Notes: generated by a model from the letters alone, not told the origin. DNA of 64,000 nt from Planctomycetota bacterium (GCA_035308565.1 DATGGK010000241.1:3146-67145); one strand, 5' to 3'. Shown: positions 27,373 to 38,179, counted from the first letter of the stretch. Numbers and translations are program-made.

Positions 27373-29505
27373 TCATCGTTTTTTCTCTTCAGGCGGCTCT
27401 TCCAGCAGATCCATCCCCGGCTGTCCCGCGTTGGTCGGCGGCGGCATGATGCGCTTCCCGCGCCAGCTCGCGTACGGATCGCGCTTCTGCTGCTCGGCGG
27501 GATGATCGAAGACATTCGAACCGTGGCTTTCGCTGGCGTCCAGCGCGCGGATCGCGTTCAGGCGTTTGTGATACGCCGAAATCAAATCGCGGCGGCTGAG
27601 CATCGCCACGACGCGCGCCGTGCCCACCGGCCCGCGCGGCGGCAGCACCGCTTTCGAGATGCGCGAGTGCGACGACTCCATTCCCGGCTCGGCGGATTCA
27701 ACGACCGGAATCTCATCGACATTTTGTTGCGTGAGAAGGCGCAGCGCTTCGTCGAGCGTCGTTTTCATCCCAACGCAGGGCGGATTTGAAATGCCCAAAT
27801 CGCCGGCGACCACCAGCGGCGCGACGCCAGGCTCGCTCATGACCTGGCGCAAATCGCCCAGCGAAAAAACGCCCACCAAATAACCGCGTTCATCGACCGT
27901 CGCGAACACCGATTTTGTGCTGCCTTTGATCCGTTCCATGATCGTGTCCAGCGTCATGTTCACCGGAATCGTCTCCGGTTTTTGCGTTCCGGTTATGGCT
28001 TCCTCGACGGCAATGCCTTCGAGCACGTCGATCAGGAAATCGCCGCGGTGCGCGGGCGAATCGGCGATGCCGCGGACTTGTTCCTGATTGAGCGTGAATG
28101 AGCGGCTGACGATATACGCGGACGCGCAGGTCAGCATCAGCGGCACGACCAGCCCGTACGAACCGGTGATCTCGCTGACCATGACCAGGCTGGCGATGGG
28201 CGTTTTTGTGGCCGCGGCAAACGCGCCGCCCATGCCGACGAGAATCATTCCGCCGCGCGCGTTGGGCGAGAGCGCCAGCCAGCGCGGAATCCAGCCGCCG
28301 TCGTCGAGCGCGCGCAAAAATTTCGCGTAGGCCGCGCCGGTCACGCCACCGAGAAAAAGCGTCGGAAAAAGCACGCCGCCCGAACCGCCGGAACCGATGG
28401 TGAGGCTCGTCGCGAGAATTTTTGCGAGAATGATTACGCACAGAAATCCGGCGAGTTTCCACGTCGTCCACGAATCGACGGGACTGACGTTGAGCGCGCT
28501 ATCCACAACCGTCTGCAAATACGTATACCCGCCGGCCATGATGTGCTGCGGCTGCGAGCCGCCGAGCGTCTGCGGCGTTGAGCTTTGCACGCCGGAAATG
28601 CTCCCCGCCAGCAAAAGCGCCAGCGCGCCCAGCGCCAGGCCGCCCAGCGCAGGCTTCAACACACGCGGAACGGGCAGCGGATGAAACACGCGCTTTTCCA
28701 GAGTGAACAGCGTTTTGACGAAAAGAAACGCGACCAGCGCGCAGAGCAAACTCAAGACGGCGTAATGCAGCAATTCGCTCCACGCATTTCCGCCCGCAGT
28801 TGGAAACGCGAGCGGCGCTTTATCGTGGCCAAGATTCAAAATCCGATCGTAGCCAAAAAAAGACGTGAAGACCGAGTAGGCCGTGACGGAGCTGATCACG
28901 CCCGGCATCACGGCATCGTGTTCAAAATCCGGTTCGCGATAAAGCACTTCCGCGGCGAAGAGCGCGCCGCCCAGCGGCGCTTTGAAGATCGCGCCGATGC
29001 CGCCGGCCACGCCCGCGAGCATCAATATGCGGCGGTCGCGCACGGAAAGTTTGAGCAGCGTGCCGAGCGTCGAACCGAAGCCCGCGCCGATCTGCGCGAT
29101 CGGGCCTTCTTTTCCCGCGGAGCCGCCGCTGCCGATGGTGAGCACCGAGCAGACACCCTTCACAATCGGCGTGCGCGCGCGAATCGCGCCTTTGTCGCGG
29201 TGAAACGCGCGGATGACGGCGTCCGTGCCGTGGCCGCTGGCTTCAGGCGCCAGCCAAAGGCACAGCGCGCCGGAGACCGCTCCGCCGAGCGCCGGCACCA
29301 GCAGCAAGGCCCACCATTGCCCGGTGCCGCTGAACAGCCAGCCCGCCAGCAATTTCGCATGAAGCCAATTGAGCGCCGCTTCGAACGCGACCGCGCCCAG
29401 CCCGGAGACGACGCCGACGAGCACGCACAGCATCAGCAGGCGGAACCACGTTTCCAAATGAAAAAAGCGAGCGATGCGCTCGAGGCGTTGGCGAAGACTG
29501 CGCAT
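27373..29505 (-). CDS. ClC-family chloride channel / H+-Cl- antiporter with C-terminal CBS pair
   Basis: Selectivity-filter-type motifs GSGGSAGKEGP and GIGAIFKAPLGGALFAAEVLY. There are multiple TM helices. The C-terminal CBS-like region is VFATVDERGYLVGVFSLGDL ... EIPVVES. Confidence 0.9.
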   Translation of the reverse strand: MRSLRQRLERIARFFHLETWFRLLMLCVLVGVVSGLGAVAFEAALNWLHAKLLAGWLFSGTGQWWALLLVPALGGAVSGALCLWLAPEASGHGTDAVIRAFHRDKGAIRARTPIVKGVCSVLTIGSGGSAGKEGPIAQIGAGFGSTLGTLLKLSVRDRRILMLAGVAGGIGAIFKAPLGGALFAAEVLYREPDFEHDAVMPGVISSVTAYSVFTSFFGYDRILNLGHDKAPLAFPTAGGNAWSELLHYAVLSLLCALVAFLFVKTLFTLEKRVFHPLPVPRVLKPALGGLALGALALLLAGSISGVQSSTPQTLGGSQPQHIMAGGYTYLQTVVDSALNVSPVDSWTTWKLAGFLCVIILAKILATSLTIGSGGSGGVLFPTLFLGGVTGAAYAKFLRALDDGGWIPRWLALSPNARGGMILVGMGGAFAAATKTPIASLVMVSEITGSYGLVVPLMLTCASAYIVSRSFTLNQEQVRGIADSPAHRGDFLIDVLEGIAVEEAITGTQKPETIPVNMTLDTIMERIKGSTKSVFATVDERGYLVGVFSLGDLRQVMSEPGVAPLVVAGDLGISNPPCVGMKTTLDEALRLLTQQNVDEIPVVESAEPGMESSHSRISKAVLPPRGPVGTARVVAMLSRRDLISAYHKRLNAIRALDASESHGSNVFDHPAEQQKRDPYASWRGKRIMPPPTNAGQPGMDLLEEPPEEKKR

Positions 29506-29559
29506 GATGCGCCGATTTTAGCCGGAACGGCGCTGATTACAAACTCGACGCGATCAAAC

Positions 29560-30009
29560 TCACGCCGGGCCGCCAAGATCCTTCGTCAGAAAAAACTTCG
29601 CGTGCCCCATCGAATCCCAATCGGCAATCTCGGCGGCGATTTTGTAGCCGAGGCGAATGTAGAACTGCGGCGCCTGGTACGACATCGTATCGACGAAGAC
29701 GTGCGTGCAGCCGCGCGCAATCGCGTCGCGTTCGGCCTCCGCCATCAGCGCCTTTCCAACGCCGTTCTTTCGATGCTCCGGATTCACCGCGAGAATGGAA
29801 ATCTTCAGCCACTTGACATGCGTTTCGCCAAGCAGGCCGCCAATCAGTCCCGATTCGTCGCTGGCAAAAACACGCAGCGGCACCGATGCATTCATTTCGC
29901 GCAGCGGACTGTTCTCCAGATTGAACGCGCGCAGCCAGCCCAGCACGGATTCCGCGCGCGGATCGCCGGCATCGGCGGTGACGTGGAGTTCAAACGCGGA
30001 GTGGCTCAT
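29560..30009 (-). CDS. GNAT-family N-acetyltransferase
   Basis: ATG at 30009 overlaps the upstream stop (ATGA). Acetyl-CoA-binding motif HRKNGVGKALMAEAE. Confidence 0.8.
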   Translation of the reverse strand: MSHSAFELHVTADAGDPRAESVLGWLRAFNLENSPLREMNASVPLRVFASDESGLIGGLLGETHVKWLKISILAVNPEHRKNGVGKALMAEAERDAIARGCTHVFVDTMSYQAPQFYIRLGYKIAAEIADWDSMGHAKFFLTKDLGGPA

Positions 30010-31451
30010 GGCTTCACCACCATCAATTTCGCCTCGCTGAATTCGCGAATTACGATGGCCAATCCTTCGCGGCCGAATCCGGAATCCTTCACGCCGCCGT
30101 ACACACTCGAATCGAGCCGAAAGGTCGTGGGCACATTTACGAGCACGGCGCCGCATTCAAGCTGGCGGTACGCGAGTTCGGCATTTCGCAGCGATTGCGT
30201 GAAGACGCTCGCCTGCAAGCCGTACTTCGTGGCGTTCGCGCGCGCGATGCCTTCTTCAAAATCTTTGACGACATCGAACGTCACGACCGGCCCAAAGACT
30301 TCTTCGCAGGCGACGGATTGGTCCGGCGGCACGGCTTCAAGCAGCCACGGCGTGATCTGCTTCTCGCCGCGCCGTTCACCGCGAACCAGCACGTTCGCGC
30401 CGGCGGCGATCGCGGCATCGACCCACGCTTGGACACGGTCGGCGGAGGCTTTGTCGATCAGCGGCCCGACGAGCGCGTTTTCGTCGGACGGTTTGTCGCT
30501 CACGCCGACGCCGCGCAGAATTCTTTCGGCAAGCTTGCGTTCGAATTCGTCGGCGACGGCGCGGTGGACAAAGACGCGCTGCGTTTTGATGCAGACCTGG
30601 CCGGCGTAGACGTAGCCGGCGTTGGCGATGGCCGCGACGGCTGCGTCGAGATCGGCGCTTTGATCGACGATGGCGGCGGCGTTGCCGCCCAACTCGAGCA
30701 GCACTTTCTGGCGTTGCAGCGCGCCCTGCTTGATCGCCCAACCCGCGCGTGCGGAACCGGTGAATGAGACTGCGGCGAATTCGGGGCACGCGCACAGCGC
30801 TTTGCCCAATTCAGGGCCGCCTGGAAGCACGTGCAGCGACGCGGGCGGCAAGCCGCTTTTGAAAACGATCTCGGCAAGCATCAACGCGGCGCGCGGCGCC
30901 TGCTGCGGCGGCTTGATCACGATCGGACATCCGGCAGCGAGCGCGGGCGCGACTTTATGCGCGACGAGATTGATTGGAAAATTAAATGGTGTGATGCCCA
31001 GAATCGGGCCGATCGGAAAATACTCGACGCGCCCGCTCATCCCCGCGCCCTGCGTTTCGCGGTCGGGATAAACGATGTCGCCAGGCGTGCGCAGCGCTTC
31101 TTCGGCGGCCCACAAGAAAGTTTTGACCGCGCGCTGCACTTCACCGTGCGACAGCGCCATCGGCTTCCCCGCTTCGTGACAGATTTCCAGTGCAATGCGC
31201 GCAGCGTTCTTCGAAATCTCGTCCGAAATCTTGCGCAGCGCTTCCGAGCGTTTGAAGCGCGTCATCGCGCGCAATTCAGGAAAGACTCGCGCCGCTGCAC
31301 GCGCGGCGACGCGCGCTTGTTCCGGACTCACGGCGGGCGCGGGTTCGCATTGGACGCCGGGCCACGGCGAAGTGATGGTCAGGAGAGCGGGAGTTTCGAC
31401 GAACTGGCCGTCGAGCAGGAACGTGCTCATGGATTCAATCGTAGCGAACAC
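30006..31451 (-). CDS. NAD(P)-dependent aldehyde dehydrogenase family protein
   Basis: ALDH signatures: FTGSARAGWAI, ELGGNAA, catalytic Cys context GQVCIKTQRVFV, PFGGVKDSGFGREG-like YGGVKDSGFGREG. The start could also be the ATG at 31430. Confidence 0.9.
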   Translation of the reverse strand: MFATIESMSTFLLDGQFVETPALLTITSPWPGVQCEPAPAVSPEQARVAARAAARVFPELRAMTRFKRSEALRKISDEISKNAARIALEICHEAGKPMALSHGEVQRAVKTFLWAAEEALRTPGDIVYPDRETQGAGMSGRVEYFPIGPILGITPFNFPINLVAHKVAPALAAGCPIVIKPPQQAPRAALMLAEIVFKSGLPPASLHVLPGGPELGKALCACPEFAAVSFTGSARAGWAIKQGALQRQKVLLELGGNAAAIVDQSADLDAAVAAIANAGYVYAGQVCIKTQRVFVHRAVADEFERKLAERILRGVGVSDKPSDENALVGPLIDKASADRVQAWVDAAIAAGANVLVRGERRGEKQITPWLLEAVPPDQSVACEEVFGPVVTFDVVKDFEEGIARANATKYGLQASVFTQSLRNAELAYRQLECGAVLVNVPTTFRLDSSVYGGVKDSGFGREGLAIVIREFSEAKLMVVKP

Positions 31452-31732
31452 GAAATTGGCAGCAAGGAAAACCAGTTCGAGATCGCGGCGTCAGAGGCAA
31501 GGTGGCAGTTCAACTCCAACGGAGTTGCGTCTGATTGCGGACAGGACTGCGGAGCATCGTTCGACCATTCGGACGCAACGCCTTTGGCGTTGAAAGACAA
31601 CTCTGTGCATGTTTCCCAGGGTAGCGTCGAGTACGACGCAACCCTGGGCTTTGGTATGCAACGCCGTTGGCGTTGAACGTCGGCGTCTTGCTTCGCAAGA
31701 TGAACGTGCAGGCGGGACGCCTGCACCACGGA

Positions 31733-34700
31733 TTACCGTTCGCGAACGCTGGTCGGCATGCTGGCGGGGGTGGTCCAGTCGTCGGCATCGACCGGCACTT
31801 TCTTCGGCGGCTTCGGCGCGGGCGCAGGGGCTTTGGCCACATCGACGGTTTCGCCGTTTTTCTGATCGGTTTGCGACGTGGGTTCCGGCGGCGCGGGAAC
31901 GTCCCCGCCCTGTGATTTGTTCTTCAGCCGCTGCTTGCGCAGGATTTGGAATGGATCGAAGTTGCGCGATTCCGGCTCTTCAAAATCACCGTTGACCTGC
32001 GACGGATTCACCAGATTATCGTTTTCAGGGAGAATCAAATTGCGCGAAACGATCGTCGGGCGCACGGCGGCAAAGAAGCCGTGGTCGTTGAGGTTTTTGT
32101 CCACGGAATAAATGAGCGAGGCGTCGAAAGGACCGTAGTGCCGCGTGATTTCCCAACGCTCCAACTGGCGGCCTCTGATCAGGGACAGCGATTTCTTCTT
32201 CTCGAAAACCTGCTCGTAGCCGAAGGCCCAGCGATCGCTGAGTTCGTATTGCACCTGGACGCGATATTGGTCCGAACCGGTAATCGCGCGGTCGGTGTTG
32301 GTGTAATTAAAGCGTTCGTCAAAGTGCAGGCGCCAGCGGTCGTGCGGGTCGATGGTGATGCCGTAGTTCGACGTTTCGTCGCGGTATTTTTGCGGGTCGA
32401 TGCCGACGCCGCCGTCGAAGCGGACGACGTCGAGCACGCGCAGGAAGCCCTGCATCCGCAGCAGTCCAAACGTGTCGCCGCTCAAGACGCGCTCGCGGTC
32501 GGTTTTGGCGGGATAAACGTCAAGAGCCGTGTCGAACCCGGCTACACTGATGGTCCGCTCCGGGTCGCCTTCGACTTTTCCGGCGCGATGAGTCTGCGCG
32601 GTCTGATCCAGCGAGAACGTGATGACATTGTTGCGGATCAAATCGTCGTACTGATCGAAATCCAAAATCATGGCCGGGTCTTTGTACGTGTTGCTCACAC
32701 CCGCGTAGCTTATTTTCGGTTCGACGACGTGGCGGAAACCATCAATGCCTAGTTCTTCATTTTTCAAATCGCAGAACGTGCCGTAGAAGCGCGAGTCGAT
32801 ATCGAAGCCATACTCGGCCGCGCCCTGCGCCGTGGATTTGCCGTCGATGCGCGTGGAAGCGGGGTTCTCATTGAAGCGCGAATTGTCGTAGAGCGCCTGC
32901 TGCGTGCCAATATAAGGAGTGACCGTCGCTATGCACAGATCGACAGGCCGCTGGAATTTGAGCCATCCCGCGAGGCGGTCCGTGTCGAAATCGGGCTGAT
33001 CGTAAATGGCCTTCTCGAAATAGCGCTTGATGTGCGTGCCCTGCATTTCGCCCGACACCAAGATGCCGTAGCCGATGTTGGTCGGAATCTGAGTGTAGGT
33101 CATTGCCGGCTCGTAGCCGGTAAACGTGCCGTAGTCGACGGGGCTGCGCGGCGGCGAACTGTCGAACTTCTCCGGGTCGGTGCGGTAGAGCAATTCGAAG
33201 GACCAATCCTCGCTTGCTTTGCGCATCGAGAGCAGCGCTTCGGACTGGTTATCCTGATTGTAATTCCGCGGGAAAAACTCGAGATTGAAATCGCGGTCCG
33301 ATTGGCGCTCGTACACAGCGTCAAAATAGACGTTCTCAAAGCCGAGCACGCGCTTGATGGGAATGTGTTCGTTGAGTTCAACCAACCCGCGCACTTCGTT
33401 TTCGTGCGGATCGATGGCGAAGGACGGCGGGCCGGCGTTGTCCAACAAGCGGCGTTTCAAGAAAAGCAGGTTCGCGTCAAACTGAATGCGCGGAAAACCG
33501 TCGATTTTCGGCTGAATGCGCCGTTCCAGATCGTGCCGCGCGCGGGCCACGGCATCCTCGTCGCTGATCTGAAATTCATCCTCGCCATAGGTGCGAATGT
33601 GGCCGGACCCGTATTCGTAATAGAGCCTATCCGTACCGCAGCCCGGCACTTGATAGCCTTGTGTCTGCCATGCCAATTCCAAGCCCAGCGCCGGGCCGCG
33701 CTTCCAGCGCTCGTCCACGTCGATGTACACGTGTGTCAGCTCGAAATTCCTGGTCATGACTTCTTTGCCGTCGGTGCTCTGCCCCATGCCGTAGCCGATG
33801 CGCAGCAATCCATAATTGCCCCAACGTCCTGAACTGCCCTGGTTGAACGAGAAGTACTCGCGCTTCTTGGACAGGTCATACGTAATGGTGGGGAATTTGA
33901 AAAGATTGAATCCGAAGATTTGAATCTGCGCGCCCTTTGCGATTACTTTTTCGGGCTGCAGCACGGTTTTGCCCGGAGTCGTCGGATCGGGCACTTCCAT
34001 CATGTAAAAATCCAGCGACTCGGCCTTCACGCCATAGATCGGGTGCACCATTTCGTCATTGCTGATGAACGTGTTTTCGCCGGTCAGGTGCAGCGGGCTG
34101 TGGCGGATGAATTTCTCCGCATGCATCATCATGCTGGTGCGCGCCTGCGGGTCGCTGTCCACTTCGTACACGCCATAGGGATCGCGCGCCCTGAATACCA
34201 ACTCCTCGCCCGGCGCGGTGGCGGCGGGATGCTTGTTGACCGCGGACAGATCGTCTCTGTGCAGCCCCGGGTCTTCCGGAAGTCCAATTTTATTGCGGTT
34301 GCCCCTCTTCGTGCTCGATCCGGATCCTGATGCATTTTGCGGGGCAACAATCCGCATCGCCGAATCCACCATGTAACCGGTGCCGCTGTCCACATCCATG
34401 TAGGCCGCCGTGGCCTCCATCGTCGATTCGCCGATCTTGAGGATGCAATGGCCTTCGGCGTACATTTCGTTGGTTTCGCGATAAAAGACGATGTTGTCGG
34501 CTTCGCATTTAATCCCGCCGGCGAAACGAATCCACGCGCTGCCCGACAGCACGACCGCGGATTTCACGTCGAGGAACGACTGCTTGGTCGCGGACCAATC
34601 CACGTCGTCCATGCTCATCTTCAGCGGATTATTGTCGGGAGCGGTTTTTGGCGCGGGCTTCGGCGCGTCGCCGGCGACGGCACGCCCCAGAAGAACGGCC

Positions 34701-34750
34701 AGCGCAAGCGCCAATGTCAGACGACAGGTGTTTCGCGCGAGATTGATCAT
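31733..34750 (-). CDS. lptD: LPS-assembly outer-membrane protein LptD-like
   Basis: Signal sequence, then an OstA-like N-terminal jelly-roll (SGSAWIRFAGGIKCEADNIVFYRETNEMYAEGHCILKIGESTMEA) and a ~800-aa beta-barrel-like region rich in aromatic-ended strands. The start at ATG 34750 is inferred. Confidence 0.7.
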   Translation of the reverse strand: MINLARNTCRLTLALALAVLLGRAVAGDAPKPAPKTAPDNNPLKMSMDDVDWSATKQSFLDVKSAVVLSGSAWIRFAGGIKCEADNIVFYRETNEMYAEGHCILKIGESTMEATAAYMDVDSGTGYMVDSAMRIVAPQNASGSGSSTKRGNRNKIGLPEDPGLHRDDLSAVNKHPAATAPGEELVFRARDPYGVYEVDSDPQARTSMMMHAEKFIRHSPLHLTGENTFISNDEMVHPIYGVKAESLDFYMMEVPDPTTPGKTVLQPEKVIAKGAQIQIFGFNLFKFPTITYDLSKKREYFSFNQGSSGRWGNYGLLRIGYGMGQSTDGKEVMTRNFELTHVYIDVDERWKRGPALGLELAWQTQGYQVPGCGTDRLYYEYGSGHIRTYGEDEFQISDEDAVARARHDLERRIQPKIDGFPRIQFDANLLFLKRRLLDNAGPPSFAIDPHENEVRGLVELNEHIPIKRVLGFENVYFDAVYERQSDRDFNLEFFPRNYNQDNQSEALLSMRKASEDWSFELLYRTDPEKFDSSPPRSPVDYGTFTGYEPAMTYTQIPTNIGYGILVSGEMQGTHIKRYFEKAIYDQPDFDTDRLAGWLKFQRPVDLCIATVTPYIGTQQALYDNSRFNENPASTRIDGKSTAQGAAEYGFDIDSRFYGTFCDLKNEELGIDGFRHVVEPKISYAGVSNTYKDPAMILDFDQYDDLIRNNVITFSLDQTAQTHRAGKVEGDPERTISVAGFDTALDVYPAKTDRERVLSGDTFGLLRMQGFLRVLDVVRFDGGVGIDPQKYRDETSNYGITIDPHDRWRLHFDERFNYTNTDRAITGSDQYRVQVQYELSDRWAFGYEQVFEKKKSLSLIRGRQLERWEITRHYGPFDASLIYSVDKNLNDHGFFAAVRPTIVSRNLILPENDNLVNPSQVNGDFEEPESRNFDPFQILRKQRLKNKSQGGDVPAPPEPTSQTDQKNGETVDVAKAPAPAPKPPKKVPVDADDWTTPASMPTSVRER

Positions 34751-35031
34751 GAGCGGGCTTATGGTAACGGCTCCCGGCCAAATTGCAAGGTTGACTGTCA
34801 TCTATATCGGAAGAATCGTTGTCGGAATTCAATAGAAGGACTCGCCTAAACGCATTGCCTTCAAGGAGAAGAACCGCAATTGTGCAGCGGGATCGCCGAA
34901 ATCTCTTCTGAATTTGTAAGGATATCCGTCGCGAGGCGAGTTAAAATAAGCAGCGTGTTGCCGGTTTGGACACCAGTTTGGCGTGTATGTGACGATGAAG
35001 CTGCTCTCGGAATGTCGAAGGAATCTTGCTC

Positions 35032-35763
35032 ATGTCCAGGTCGGCGCGCGATATACGCGAAGCTCTCGCAAGGAAAATCAAAGACGAAATCTCCGGCCCC
35101 GCGTTGCTGCGCATGATCGCCGAATACGACGCGTGGATGGTGCCGAATTCGTTCGTCAATGTGGGCAACCCGCCGCAGCAATACGCGGTCATGTTCACCG
35201 ACGAAGAAGCGTATAAACTCGCGCAGGACCAGTTCGGCGACAAAAACGTTCCGCTCGAATATTTGCAGATTCCCGGCAGCCGGATCCTCGCGATGCTGGC
35301 CGGTTCGGTGGACAGCATCAGCATCAATCCGTGTTCGGAAGATTCGATCGCGTTTCCAAAGCATTTGCTTCCCGAACTCGTCAAATGGGGCCAGGCCATC
35401 GAAGTGGAACGCACCCTTTATAGTGTCCTGCACGACGACCAAGGCTGGCAGACGATTAAAAATTACGACAGCTATTACGTGCCGATCAAACAGACTTCCG
35501 AAGGCACTTACGCGCCGCTGCCCGCGCCCGACAGCAAGGGCCGCAATTTGCTGGCGGTCTTCACGTTCAGCGACGCGCTCAACGCTTATGTGCTCGACCA
35601 GCACGAGGGCGTGCCGGTGGATGTCACCATCTACAGCGGCGGGAACCTGTGCAAATGGATCGTCGATTCCAATTGCGACGGCGTGGTCTTCAATTGCTGC
35701 GGCCCGGGGCGGCCGGCGGCGTTCGCGAAGGAATTCGCGAAAGAAGTGCTGAGTTACGCGTAA
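35032..35763 (+). CDS. cytoplasmic protein of unknown function with two SseB-like modules
   Basis: Two repeats of the pattern ...(A/L)V(M/F)FT(D/F)(E/S)(E/D)A... (YAVMFTDEEAYKLAQ and LLAVFTFSDALNAYV). The composition is coding-like. The antisense 440-aa ORF is Arg-rich and is rejected. Confidence 0.65.
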   Translation: MSRSARDIREALARKIKDEISGPALLRMIAEYDAWMVPNSFVNVGNPPQQYAVMFTDEEAYKLAQDQFGDKNVPLEYLQIPGSRILAMLAGSVDSISINPCSEDSIAFPKHLLPELVKWGQAIEVERTLYSVLHDDQGWQTIKNYDSYYVPIKQTSEGTYAPLPAPDSKGRNLLAVFTFSDALNAYVLDQHEGVPVDVTIYSGGNLCKWIVDSNCDGVVFNCCGPGRPAAFAKEFAKEVLSYA

Positions 35764-35838
35764 TGCATTGTGGTGCAGGCGGCCCGCCTGCAGAAGTCCA
35801 ACTGGAATTCGCGCGCTCATTCCATAACATGTGCTGCA

Positions 35839-36993
35839 ATGAGTTCCGAAATTGCAGGCGAATCCAGTCGCGCCGCGATCACGCGCGCGCGCCGCATCAT
35901 CGTCAAAGTCGGTACGGCGCTGCTGACCGGCGAGACCACGCGCGTCAACCAGCGCTTCATTGCGCGGCTGTGCCAAGGGGTCAATGAGCTTTGGAAGCAG
36001 GGGCGCGAGACGGCGATTGTCACGTCGGGCGCGATTGGCGCTGGCTGCGGGGTGCTTGGCTATAAGGAGAAACCAACGTCGTTGTCGGAACGGCAGGCTT
36101 GCGCGGCGGCGGGGCAGGTTGAGTTGATGAAGATTTACGCGCAGGCGTTCAAGCGCGTGAAGCCGGCGCGGGCGGTGGGGCAACTGCTGCTGACGCGCGA
36201 CACGCTGATTTCGCGGCGGCGCTATTTGAATTCGCGCAACACGATGATGACGCTGTTCCAGCGCAGCGCGGTGCCCATTGTTAATGAAAACGACACGATC
36301 AGCGTCGAGGAAATCCGTTTCGGCGACAACGATAATCTTTCGGCGCTGGTCGCGGGGATTGCCGAATCGGATCTGCTGATCATTTTGACGGACGTGGGCG
36401 GATTAATGGATTGCGACCCGCGCGCGAATCCGAAAGCGAAACTGATCCCGACCGTCGCGGAACTTACGCCGCAAATCGAGGCGATGGCGCGGCCGACGGG
36501 ATCGTTTCTGGGCACCGGCGGGATGGTGAGCAAATTGCAGGCGGCGCGGATTGCAATGGCGTCGGGGTTTGGATTGGTGCTGGCGGATGGGCACGATCCC
36601 GAGATTCTGCTGGACATCGTTGCGGGAAAAAATGTCGGTACGTATTTCAAACCGCGCGCCGAACGCATCAGCGCGCGCAAACATTGGCTGGCGTTCACGT
36701 CGCATCCGAAAGGCGCGATCGTCGTCGATGCCGGCGCGCGCGCGGCGTTGAAAACGGGCGGAAAGAGTTTGCTGCCCTCGGGGATCGTGGACGTGCTGGG
36801 ACAGTTCAAAGCGAACGAATTGGTGTCGCTGGTTTGCGAAAATGCGGAGTTCGCGCGCGGGCTGTCGAATTTTTCGAGCATCGACACGCACAAAATTCGC
36901 GGTAAGAAGTCGGCTCAGATTAAGGGGCTGCTCGAGGCGGATTCGACGAGCGGAGTGGAGTCGGTGCATCGGGATAATCTGGTGATTTTGTGA
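35839..36993 (+). CDS. proB: glutamate 5-kinase
   Basis: RIIVKVGTALLT, VTSGAIGAG, QACAAAGQVELM, PIVNENDTISVEEIRFGDNDNLSALVA, plus a C-terminal PUA domain (GAIVVDAGARAALKTGGKSLLPSGIV). Confidence 0.95.
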   Translation: MSSEIAGESSRAAITRARRIIVKVGTALLTGETTRVNQRFIARLCQGVNELWKQGRETAIVTSGAIGAGCGVLGYKEKPTSLSERQACAAAGQVELMKIYAQAFKRVKPARAVGQLLLTRDTLISRRRYLNSRNTMMTLFQRSAVPIVNENDTISVEEIRFGDNDNLSALVAGIAESDLLIILTDVGGLMDCDPRANPKAKLIPTVAELTPQIEAMARPTGSFLGTGGMVSKLQAARIAMASGFGLVLADGHDPEILLDIVAGKNVGTYFKPRAERISARKHWLAFTSHPKGAIVVDAGARAALKTGGKSLLPSGIVDVLGQFKANELVSLVCENAEFARGLSNFSSIDTHKIRGKKSAQIKGLLEADSTSGVESVHRDNLVIL

Positions 36994-37676
36994 GCGCTGA
37001 AATCAAACAACTTTTCGAGAACAATCGCGCGTGGGCGGCGCAGATCAAAGCGAGCGATCCGCATTTTTTCTCGGCGCTCGCCAAAATCCAGCAGCCGCGC
37101 TACCTGTGGATTGGCTGCGCGGACAGCCGCGTGCCGGCCAACGAAATCGTGGGGTTAAAGCCGGGCGAGGTCTTCGTGCACCGCAACGTCGGAAACCTAG
37201 TCGTGCACACGGACCTCAATTGTCTGTCGGTGATTCAATTCGCGGTCGATGTGTTGAAGGTTGAGCACATCGTCGTCACGGGCCATTACGGCTGCGGCGG
37301 CGTGACTGCGGCAATGCAGAACAAACGCATCGGACTGTGCGACAACTGGCTGCGGCACATCAAGGACGTGAAGAACAAACATCGCGCGATTCTGGAGCGC
37401 TGCCAGCCGGTCGAGCGCGCATCGCGCTTGTGCGAACTGAACGTGATCGAGCAAGTGCTGCATGTGTGCGAGACGACGGTGGTGCAGGACGCGTGGGCGC
37501 GCCGCCAGCCCGTGCAAGTGAACGGCTGGATTTATTCGCTGGAAGACGGATTGCTGCAGGATTTGGGTGTGGCGACGCGCTATCCGGAGACGGTTTGGGA
37601 CAATTACGAATGCGCGCTGAAGAATTTGGAGGATGAGGCGTGGCGGTTTGGGAAGTTGAGGGCTGAGCCGGAATGA
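36990..37676 (+). CDS. can: beta-class carbonic anhydrase
   Basis: PRYLWIGCADSRVPANEIVGLKPGEVFVHRNVGNLVVHTDLNCLSVIQFAVDVLKVEHIVVTGHYGCGGV closely follows E. coli Can as I recall it. The GTG start overlaps the proB stop (GTGA). Confidence 0.93.
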   Translation: MSAEIKQLFENNRAWAAQIKASDPHFFSALAKIQQPRYLWIGCADSRVPANEIVGLKPGEVFVHRNVGNLVVHTDLNCLSVIQFAVDVLKVEHIVVTGHYGCGGVTAAMQNKRIGLCDNWLRHIKDVKNKHRAILERCQPVERASRLCELNVIEQVLHVCETTVVQDAWARRQPVQVNGWIYSLEDGLLQDLGVATRYPETVWDNYECALKNLEDEAWRFGKLRAEPE

Positions 37677-37728
37677 TCTCACGCAGAGGCGCAAAGGCGC
37701 AGTGGAAGGCGCGGAGAGGGAACGCAGG

Positions 37729-37986
37729 TTAATAATGGTAACGGCAGGTGAGGATTCGAATTTTCGTGTCGGAGACTTGATATACCAAGCGGTGCTCGTC
37801 GTCGATGCGGCGCGACCAGCAGCCAGCGAGTTCGTGCTTAAGCGGTTCGGGTTTTCCCATCCCTTGAAACGGACTGGATCGGACTTCTTGAATGAGTCTG
37901 ATGGTCTTCAACGCTTTTTTGCGGTCGTGGTTGACCCACCATTCCAAGTCATCGAAGCCCGCGGAGTCAAATTCCAAGCTTCGCAC
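37729..37986 (-). CDS. yoeB: YoeB/Txe-family toxin
   Basis: FQGMGKPEPLKHELAGCWSRRIDDEHRLVYQVSD..ILTCRYHY is the YoeB signature, including the C-terminal RYHY. Confidence 0.92.
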   Translation of the reverse strand: MRSLEFDSAGFDDLEWWVNHDRKKALKTIRLIQEVRSSPFQGMGKPEPLKHELAGCWSRRIDDEHRLVYQVSDTKIRILTCRYHY

Positions 37987-38179
37987 GCGCGTCCTCCAAG
38001 GAGATTCCGCTCGTTCGCTTCATGGCTTCAAGGAGGCGCTTTTTCATGGCGGGGCTTCTGAGCAGGTACGCGGTTTCTTTTTCGGATTCGAGTTCCCGCC
38101 ACAATGCGATCGGGATAATGACGCCGGTAGCTTTTCCTTTTTCGTTGGAGATGAATTGGATTTGCTTCGTTGCGGGCAT
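37967..38179 (-). CDS. yefM: Phd/YefM-family antitoxin
   Basis: It lies immediately upstream of yoeB and overlaps it by 20 nt. It is 70 aa with ETAYLLRSPAMKKRLLEA, typical of the YefM C-terminal region. Confidence 0.85.
   Translation of the reverse strand: MPATKQIQFISNEKGKATGVIIPIALWRELESEKETAYLLRSPAMKKRLLEAMKRTSGISLEDARAKLGI

Noticed and set aside
29506-29559. Fluoride riboswitch upstream of the ClC-type channel gene.
   Set aside because: Only a 54-nt spacer is available. Neither strand shows the crcB-motif conserved core as I recall it.
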